Positions 57,770 through 64,000 of a stretch of DNA of 64,000 bases are shown one piece after another. This stretch comes from Planctomycetales bacterium (lineage in GTDB: Bacteria; Planctomycetota; Phycisphaerae; SM23-33). A program made the translations under genes and the position numbers. Numbering within the stretch: the first letter of the stretch is position 1; every line of letters begins with the position of its first letter. The stretch lies in NCBI GenBank assembly GCA_030612725.1, contig JAUWNJ010000010.1, positions 32,837-96,836 on the forward strand, in the 5' to 3' direction. The notes under the pieces were generated by a model that saw only the letters and a list, made by a program, of their open reading frames with translations, did not search any database and was not told the DNA's origin.

Positions 57770-59290
57770 TCACGTACCCTTTTTATTTTGATTTCCGCGC
57801 CGTTGCCCCAGCGTCCTCAGACGCCAGAACAATCGCGGCATTACGTTGTTGTAAGCGTTGAATCTTGCCCGCTTCATAATATCGCGCAGGGGTTTTGCCC
57901 CGGGGTCGGGCATACCGATAGCGAGAAAGACCGCGCCGATCCTGGCCGCTATGGCTATCAGGAAAATCACGTGATAGTTATTCCATGTGAACGGTCCGGC
58001 GCTTATCTCAAATCCGTGGAGCGATTGTGCGACCTGTCCGCCGATTATCCCACCGGCGAATCCGCCCACAGCGGTGATAATGGCGGCGGCGGCGACATAT
58101 CTGCTCTTGCCTGCGGTTTCAGAAAAGCCGAGGATGATACTGGTCTGCGCCAGGTTCACCCCGCTCCACATCGCCCCGGAAATTATTGACGCCGTCCCAC
58201 CAAGCAGATAGGCCAGTATGAGATCCCCGGGAGATATAAACAACCATACTACCGGTGCAGTAACAGCACCTACAGTGGCCAGGATAAGTATCGGTCTCCG
58301 TCCCCAGCGATCGGTCAGCCTTCCCCAAAAGCGGACCACCATCAGTGCGCCGACGGTTCCGCAAACCATAAAAACCACATTAGCGCCCAACTTGCTGTAT
58401 CCGACTTTCTCCAGTGCGTTAAGCCAGAAGAACTGCCCGCCGACAGTCATGGAAAAGGTGATGACCATTCCGTAAATGGCGTACATGCGAAACCGGTGGT
58501 CGCGGAAAGACCCGGCTACTAGTCGAATCGGTTCGACAACTATCCCGACCAGACCCTTGAAGAATCCACGACCACGACGTCCGGTTGAATTATCGGCCTG
58601 TACCGGCGAGGAAATCTCTCGAACCCGCAGGTGTAACAGCGGATCGATCATTCCCATCAGACCACCGCAGACAAAGATACCGCAGATCGTCCACAGAAGC
58701 ACCGGCTGGGCGTCAATGGTCATCGGCGCGGCGGTAATCACGGCGCGGTCCAGGAGGATACCGGCGGCGATGACCGTAACTATATGAATCGGAGCCGTCA
58801 TCAGGCTTCGGGTGGCGAAATATCGACCGCGTACCCGACGGGGAATCAAGTCGCTCATCCACGACCACCACAGAGGTTGGGCCAGATGCGCCAGGATGGA
58901 ACTGATAGCAAAGACGATGAAGAAGACCGTAATGGCGCCCCGCCCAGACCCGAGAAAAAACGGAACAGCCGCTATCGCCAACCACAAAATACGATGGATA
59001 CCGGCATAGACGACGACCGGATATTTCCGCATCCCGGTCCGCTCGATGAACGTAACGGCGACCGCCTGGGCAAGCGTCGCCGCCCAGGGCAATGCTGCGA
59101 GGATACCGAAATCACGATCATTAAATCCCAGCATCCGACAGAAAAGTGTCATCTGGCTACCGCAGACGCACGCCATCCACGCGATACCGAACATCCACGC
59201 GACCGTTACCGTCTTCATAGAGCCGCGTAGGTCTTTGCCCCGAACAGACAATGCCGGAAGAACCTCAAAACTTTTATGCCGCCAGGACAT
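57770..59290 (-). CDS. MFS transporter
   Basis: 506 aa with about 12-14 hydrophobic helices and MFS-like loop motifs. Confidence 0.65.
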   Translation of the reverse strand: MSWRHKSFEVLPALSVRGKDLRGSMKTVTVAWMFGIAWMACVCGSQMTLFCRMLGFNDRDFGILAALPWAATLAQAVAVTFIERTGMRKYPVVVYAGIHRILWLAIAAVPFFLGSGRGAITVFFIVFAISSILAHLAQPLWWSWMSDLIPRRVRGRYFATRSLMTAPIHIVTVIAAGILLDRAVITAAPMTIDAQPVLLWTICGIFVCGGLMGMIDPLLHLRVREISSPVQADNSTGRRGRGFFKGLVGIVVEPIRLVAGSFRDHRFRMYAIYGMVITFSMTVGGQFFWLNALEKVGYSKLGANVVFMVCGTVGALMVVRFWGRLTDRWGRRPILILATVGAVTAPVVWLFISPGDLILAYLLGGTASIISGAMWSGVNLAQTSIILGFSETAGKSRYVAAAAIITAVGGFAGGIIGGQVAQSLHGFEISAGPFTWNNYHVIFLIAIAARIGAVFLAIGMPDPGAKPLRDIMKRARFNAYNNVMPRLFWRLRTLGQRRGNQNKKGT

Positions 59291-59433
59291 TTCCCGGTTA
59301 CCCCAGTAAATCAGGTCATATAAAATTGGGATAAATACGCCCCGCCGCTACGTAAGTCCAATGTAAAAGCGGGAATTCGAAAATTTTTTACATTACCCAA
59401 CGAACCATCACCGCCTCGCAAGGAACGTGCCGC

Positions 59434-60567
59434 TTGTGGTTTCACCGACAGTTGTCTAATCTGACATCCATGAGCGCCCGTCCCGTGAAACTCGATATCT
59501 ACCGCACAGCGATTCCCATGCGGTCATTCGAGCACGCCGCCGCTACCAGAAACCTGGCCGAAGCCGTTGTCGTCCGCCTGGAAATGTCCGACGGTTCCGT
59601 CGGTTGGGGCGAGACGCTCCCGCGAAAGTACGTTACCGGCGAAACGCTCGAAACCGTCCCCGACGACATTGAGCGAATGTCTCCGTTAAATCCGGCGGAC
59701 GAATCTGTCGATGCGTCCGTCCCGAAACCCGCCGCCGCCTGCGCGCTGGACCTTGCCCTCGTTGATGCAGACGCGAAGGCGGAAGGTAAGTCTCTGGGCG
59801 GACCTATTCCGCACAACATTCGCGTCAGCGGCGTACTCGGCTCGGCAGACCCGGCCAGAACGTCAAGACGCCTTCGAATGATGCGTCTCTATGGTCTGCG
59901 GGATTTCAAACTCAAACTCGGTTTCGGCGACGACACCGATACGGAGAACCTTCGCGTCGTACACAAGCAAATCGGAAAGGCGATCCGCGACCTCGAATAT
60001 ACGCTTCGCGTGGATGTCAACGGCGGGTGGGCGGCAGAGGAGATTCCGGATCGCGTCGCCGCACTTAAACCCTTCGGTGTCTGCGTTGTCGAGCAACCGG
60101 TATTCGGGCCACCGGAAACGCTTATCGAACTTGCCCAACGATGCGAACTGCCGCTGATGGCCGATGAATCATTAATCACAATCGCCGACACCAATAAGTT
60201 TGTCCATGCTACCGGAAAAAAAGTCTGGATGAACGTCCGCCTCAGCAAAAGCGGCGGAATCGGTCCGTGCGGCAAAATTGCCGAAGCCGCCGCCCAAGCC
60301 GGCGCACCGTTCGTCATAGGATGTATGGTCGGTGAGAGCGGAATCCTTTCCGCCGCCCAGCGCGTGCTGTTGGCAAAAATCCCCAAACCAAAATTCGTCG
60401 AGGGAAACTACGGAAAATTCCTCCTTGCCGACGACCTGACGAAACCAAGCCTCCGCTTCGGATATGGCGGAAAACTCAAAACCCTGACCGGTCCGGGCCT
60501 GGGCGTGACAGTGAGCGAACGAAAAATCACACGCTACGGAACGCTGATCAAAACCCTCCATGCATGA
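59434..60567 (+). CDS. Enolase-superfamily enzyme (mandelate racemase/muconate lactonizing enzyme family; dipeptide epimerase/OSBS-like)
   Basis: KLDIYRTAIPMRSFEHAAATRNLAEAVVVRLEMSDGSVGWGE and the metal-ligand spacing (DVNGGW, VEQP, DES). Confidence 0.7.
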   Translation: MWFHRQLSNLTSMSARPVKLDIYRTAIPMRSFEHAAATRNLAEAVVVRLEMSDGSVGWGETLPRKYVTGETLETVPDDIERMSPLNPADESVDASVPKPAAACALDLALVDADAKAEGKSLGGPIPHNIRVSGVLGSADPARTSRRLRMMRLYGLRDFKLKLGFGDDTDTENLRVVHKQIGKAIRDLEYTLRVDVNGGWAAEEIPDRVAALKPFGVCVVEQPVFGPPETLIELAQRCELPLMADESLITIADTNKFVHATGKKVWMNVRLSKSGGIGPCGKIAEAAAQAGAPFVIGCMVGESGILSAAQRVLLAKIPKPKFVEGNYGKFLLADDLTKPSLRFGYGGKLKTLTGPGLGVTVSERKITRYGTLIKTLHA

Positions 60568-60612
60568 ACAATGCGTAGTCTGGGCCGATAAGTCGAAGAT
60601 GCGCCGTGGCGT

Positions 60613-60669
60613 GCCCACCTTTTGTCTGTGAACGTAAGGTGGGCCTCGCTCCGCTCGACCCAGCCTACC
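60613..60669. repeat. Variant copy of the cccacctt/aaggtggg palindromic element (right arm full-length: aaggtgggcctcgctccgctcgacccagcctac)
   Basis: Read directly. Related to the element at 37946, 38010 and 48700. Confidence 0.45.
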
Positions 60670-60683
60670 GCTGATTGCACAAG

Positions 60684-60753
60684 GAGGTTGATTTATTCGT
60701 GTAATTCGTGTAATTCGTGGACTACTGTATTCGTGGAATTCGTTTGAATTCGT
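60684..60753. repeat. About 8 tandem 9-nt units (T/G)AATTCGTG immediately upstream of metK
   Basis: tattcgtg taattcgtg taattcgtg gactactg tattcgtg gaattcgt ttgaattcgtg taattcgtg, ending about 26 nt before the metK GTG start. Confidence 0.55.
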
Positions 60754-60778
60754 GTAATTCGTGGAAAAGGAGCAACAC

Positions 60779-62005
60779 GTGCCTGCATTAGGTCAAAACA
60801 TCCCGAAACATCTTTTCACCAGTGAATCCGTTACCAAGGGACATCCCGACAAGGTTTCCGACCAGATTTCCGACGCCATTGTGGACTTGCTGATAGGGGC
60901 CGACCCGAAGGCGCACGTCGCCTGCGAGACACTGGTAACCACCGGGCTGGTTGTTCTGGCCGGCGAGGTTACAGTGCATAATCTCAAGGGCGAAAAAGCA
61001 CTCCTGTCGGCTGAAGAGACCGCCCGGCGGGTAGTCCGCGACATCGGATACGACGATTCTTCCACCGGCTTCGACTACCGAAGTTGCGCGGTGATACGAA
61101 CACTTCACAACCAATCGTCCGACATCGCGCGCGGCGTTGACAGGAAGAAGAAAAAGGACCAGGGCGCAGGCGACCAGGGAATAATGTTCGGCTTCGCCTG
61201 CCGGGACACCAGGGAGATGATGCCGCTTCCGATCCAACTGGCCCACCGTCTGACCGCCCGTCTGACCGAGGCGCGCGAAAGCGGCGAGGTCCGCTGGCTG
61301 CGACCCGACGGAAAAAGCCAGGTAACTATCGAGTATCGCGGAAACACGCCCACCAAATTATTAACCGTCGTATTGTCAACCCAGCACGACGAAAGCGTAA
61401 TAAACCCGCGAACCGACACAATGTCAAAAGAGGCCAGGGAAAAACTTAAAACCAAAGTCGTCAAACCGGCCATCATGGACGTTTGCCCGAAGTTGTGGTC
61501 AAACAGGATAAAATATCACATTAACCCCACCGGAAAGTTCGTCATCGGCGGTCCCAACGGAGATACCGGACTGACCGGAAGGAAAATCATCGTCGATACC
61601 TACGGCGGGCGCGGAAGCCACGGCGGAGGGGCGTTCAGCGGGAAAGACCCGTCAAAGGTTGACCGCTCCGCATCATACATGGCAAGGCACATCGCCAAGA
61701 ACGTAGTCGCCGCCAGACTCGCCGAAGCCTGCGAGGTGCAGTTGTCCTACGCCATCGGCGTAGCAGAACCCACCAGCGTCCTGGTCGATTGCGGCGGGAC
61801 CGAGGCCGTCGATCATCGCAAACTCGCAAAGGCTGTTCGTGATACCTTCCCGCTGACGCCGGCAGAGATAATCGACTACCTCAACCTGCTGCGTCCGATC
61901 TACGAAGAGACCGCCCGTAACGGGCACTTCGGAAGGACCGGAAAAAACTTCACCTGGGAAAAGACAAACAAGAGCGGTCAATTGCGAAAGGCATGCGGAC
62001 TGTAA
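60779..62005 (+). CDS. metK: S-adenosylmethionine synthetase
   Basis: [60 protein letters not shown] start at 60779 preceded by aaggag. Confidence 0.9.
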   Translation: MPALGQNIPKHLFTSESVTKGHPDKVSDQISDAIVDLLIGADPKAHVACETLVTTGLVVLAGEVTVHNLKGEKALLSAEETARRVVRDIGYDDSSTGFDYRSCAVIRTLHNQSSDIARGVDRKKKKDQGAGDQGIMFGFACRDTREMMPLPIQLAHRLTARLTEARESGEVRWLRPDGKSQVTIEYRGNTPTKLLTVVLSTQHDESVINPRTDTMSKEAREKLKTKVVKPAIMDVCPKLWSNRIKYHINPTGKFVIGGPNGDTGLTGRKIIVDTYGGRGSHGGGAFSGKDPSKVDRSASYMARHIAKNVVAARLAEACEVQLSYAIGVAEPTSVLVDCGGTEAVDHRKLAKAVRDTFPLTPAEIIDYLNLLRPIYEETARNGHFGRTGKNFTWEKTNKSGQLRKACGL

Positions 62006-62032
62006 GGTTGGTTTCCGCCGGCGCAGAATAAC

Positions 62033-62073
62033 GCCGAACGGTTCATCGTGAGATCACTTTTGAACCGTTCGGC
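62033..62073 (+). terminator. Perfect 13-bp hairpin gccgaacggttca-N15-tgaaccgttcggc downstream of metK
   Basis: Read directly. No strong T run follows, so its terminator function is uncertain. Confidence 0.4.
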
Positions 62074-62421
62074 GTATAAGCGTCTTAGTTAAGCTACCTG
62101 TACCTGTTGTCCAAGGCGGCGTTTGGCGTTGATAATCTTCCGACCATTACGGGTCCGCATTCGCGCACGGAAACCGATTCGGCGTGATCGTCGTCGCTTT
62201 GATATTTTGTGCGGATAGTGCATAAAAAAACCTCAACTCCCGATCTCCCGCGTCCGGAAATCTTCACGGGGAGCGGAATATAGCCTGTTTCCTGGTAACA
62301 CACAAGGAAAAATTTCGCATAAATCAGGTAGGCCCCATTAAGCAAAACGTTATACTCCCTCGGCATGTATGTTTCCGGCATACTCGCTTCAGTGAGCATG
62401 TTGTTAAAAAAGGAACCAACA

Positions 62422-63720
62422 ATGACGCGGATTGACGTGGAGGAATACGTTCGCCAGGCGGTCCCGAAGCCCGGCGAGGAGCAGGACCGTTTCCGGGAGG
62501 CGCTGGGCAACAAGTGGAAAGCGTCGGCCGGCCTGTTTGAGCGAGAGAACCTGGGGCGACTGATCAGCCCTGATGCAATCCGCCGGGCCTTGGTGGGCAT
62601 GAGACTCGAACCGGCTGAGTACGCCCCGGCAATGGAGGCTATCACCCGCAGAGTCGCCGAAGACCCAATGTTCGGACGGCTATGGGAACACTGCTGGTAC
62701 CTGGCGTATCGATTCGAGCCGCTCGACCGCTGGAGCGCGGAACGGTGGCAACCGTTTGAACGCTTCCTGGGAGAGGACGCCGGAGAGTTTTTCCTGTCGG
62801 TGCTCCTGTCGCACTACGATTGCCTGATGGAATTTGTGAAGGCCCGTTCCATCCCGATCGAGGTCGTGGAGGCGACTCTGGTGGCGCAGGTATCAGAGCG
62901 ACTGCGTAAAGATACAGCCCGTGCCGGTCGCCCGTGCCTCGGCTCTTCTGGCTTGACATGGCTTAGTTACCACCTCGCCGGCAAGGTATTTCGCCTTGGA
63001 CGACTGGTGTACACACCGCGACCGTTCGAGGGAAAACTGACGCTCTACCGCAATCGAGAATCCGGCGAGACGATAGCGGTTCCGACGTCGGGGCTGAAGT
63101 TCCGCCGCGACGGACAGTTTGACGGCGCCGGCGGACGGAGTGATCCGGAAGGGGTCTGGACAAGCCGAATTCGCCAGGATGGAAACACGTTGGTCAGCAA
63201 CGCATGGATATCGCCCCACGGCTGTGCTCGTCAGGAAGATATCCGCCTCGACCTGACGGTGTGGGAGGCGGTGCTGGAGCCTGGCGACCAGACGATTGAA
63301 TTTCACATCCCCGGCGGCGAACCGCTCGACCAGGCCGCATGCGGTGAGTCGTTCCGCTGGTCGCTGAAGTTCTTCGCCAGGCACTTCCCGGAAATTACCC
63401 CGCGCGCGATCCACGTCGGCACCTGGCTGCTCGACCCCCAGTTGCAGGATATGCTCCCGGCGACGTCCAACCTGGTCCGCTTCCAGCGGGAGATGTATCT
63501 TTACCCGGTGGATTACGGCGCAGGAGGCGAACGACACATACTTGGCTCCGACTACAACAGCCTCGACGATGCCCCCCAGCGAACAGCCCTCCAGCGGTCG
63601 GTCATCAGGCACCTGCGTGCCGGTGGGCACATGATGGGGGCGGGTGGTATTCTTCTGGCCGACGACGTAGTCTCCGGCTGCTGGGGAACACAGCGATATA
63701 TAAACACCGCCGGGCCGTGA
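62422..63720 (+). CDS. Hypothetical protein (433 aa)
   Basis: ORF with an aagga RBS before the ATG at 62422. No recognisable family. The minus-strand ORF 62094..62645 is considered a shadow. Confidence 0.4.
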   Translation: MTRIDVEEYVRQAVPKPGEEQDRFREALGNKWKASAGLFERENLGRLISPDAIRRALVGMRLEPAEYAPAMEAITRRVAEDPMFGRLWEHCWYLAYRFEPLDRWSAERWQPFERFLGEDAGEFFLSVLLSHYDCLMEFVKARSIPIEVVEATLVAQVSERLRKDTARAGRPCLGSSGLTWLSYHLAGKVFRLGRLVYTPRPFEGKLTLYRNRESGETIAVPTSGLKFRRDGQFDGAGGRSDPEGVWTSRIRQDGNTLVSNAWISPHGCARQEDIRLDLTVWEAVLEPGDQTIEFHIPGGEPLDQAACGESFRWSLKFFARHFPEITPRAIHVGTWLLDPQLQDMLPATSNLVRFQREMYLYPVDYGAGGERHILGSDYNSLDDAPQRTALQRSVIRHLRAGGHMMGAGGILLADDVVSGCWGTQRYINTAGP

Positions 63721-63823
63721 GGTACGCCAACTTCAGCGAACATACCAAAGCACACTTGACGCGACTGCTCAAGGGGCTTATTTTTCATGCCGCAATGCAG
63801 GAACCGAAGAGAAGGAACAGGTC

Positions 63824-64000
63824 ATGGCAAAAAACGCGGAACTGGTGGAACTGACGAACAAGTATCTCATCGAAAACTACGGACGACTTCCGGTGGCGAT
63901 GGTGCGCGGGGCCGGTGCGAAAATATGGGACGCCGACGGGACAGAATACCTGGACTTCTTCGCAGGCTTCGGAGCAGGCGGAGTAACGGGCCACTGCCAT
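63824..64000 (+). CDS. Class-III PLP aminotransferase (acetylornithine/ornithine aminotransferase-like), N-terminal fragment; runs off the window end
   Basis: MAKNAELVELTNKYLIENYGRLPVAMVRGAGAKIWDADGTEYLDFFAGFGAGGVTGHCH is the typical ArgD/class-III N-terminus. Confidence 0.55.
   Translation, partial: MAKNAELVELTNKYLIENYGRLPVAMVRGAGAKIWDADGTEYLDFFAGFGAGGVTGHCH

Noticed and set aside
60761-60778. ATG at 60761 as the metK start (ORF-track start, MEKEQH...)
   Set aside because: The GTG at 60779 is preceded by aaggag at ideal spacing and gives the canonical MetK N-terminus (..HLFTSESV..). The ATG at 60761 lies inside that RBS.
62094-62645. 183-aa minus-strand ORF overlapping the start of the 62422..63720 gene
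   Set aside because: Ser/Arg-rich low-complexity translation with no start context, overlapping a plus-strand ORF that has a good RBS. Considered a shadow ORF.

Overview
GC-rich (~60%) bacterial chromosomal window with densely packed housekeeping genes and many secreted or lipoprotein genes. Gene content (partner-switching modules, a Ser/Thr kinase, MlaE, DUF-rich exported proteins) fits a Planctomycetota/Verrucomicrobiota-like Gram-negative, but taxonomy cannot be settled from sequence alone. Recognisable genes: pgsA-pgpA, a parDE toxin-antitoxin pair, an AddB/AddA-like helicase-nuclease pair, a radical-SAM gene, a Ser/Thr kinase with a STAS/anti-sigma-kinase/STAS module, two DegT-family aminotransferases, mlaE, a complete glycine-cleavage cluster (gcvT fused to an SHMT-like domain, gcvH, gcvPA, gcvPB, lpd, and lipB fused to lipA), trpD, tRNA-Met, holA, a nitrilase-family hydrolase, a CcrM/HinfI-family N6-adenine methyltransferase, tRNA-Asp, an IMDH/IDH-family dehydrogenase, an MFS transporter, an enolase-superfamily enzyme and metK. 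The most interesting structures are three visibly AT-richer insertions that each carry an HNH nuclease gene: (i) a single HNH gene bounded by perfect 20+15 nt terminal inverted repeats; (ii) a PD-(D/E)xK nuclease plus small HNH gene cassette flanked by 51-nt direct repeats, inserted into the middle of the gcv cluster at the 3' end of a small gene; (iii) a methyltransferase followed by a winged-helix/nuclease-like gene and a large HNH-domain gene. No transposase or integrase is recognisable anywhere in the window. Other features are several families of short palindromic (REP/MITE-like) elements, two of which are inserted in-frame in coding sequence (lipA and a 933-aa lipoprotein); a pair of inverted composite repeat arrays 9.4 kb apart; and a ~1 kb repeat-dense noncoding region with an 11x 10-nt periodic tandem array. 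All calls rest on reading the sequence and ORF translations by eye. No database searches were run.
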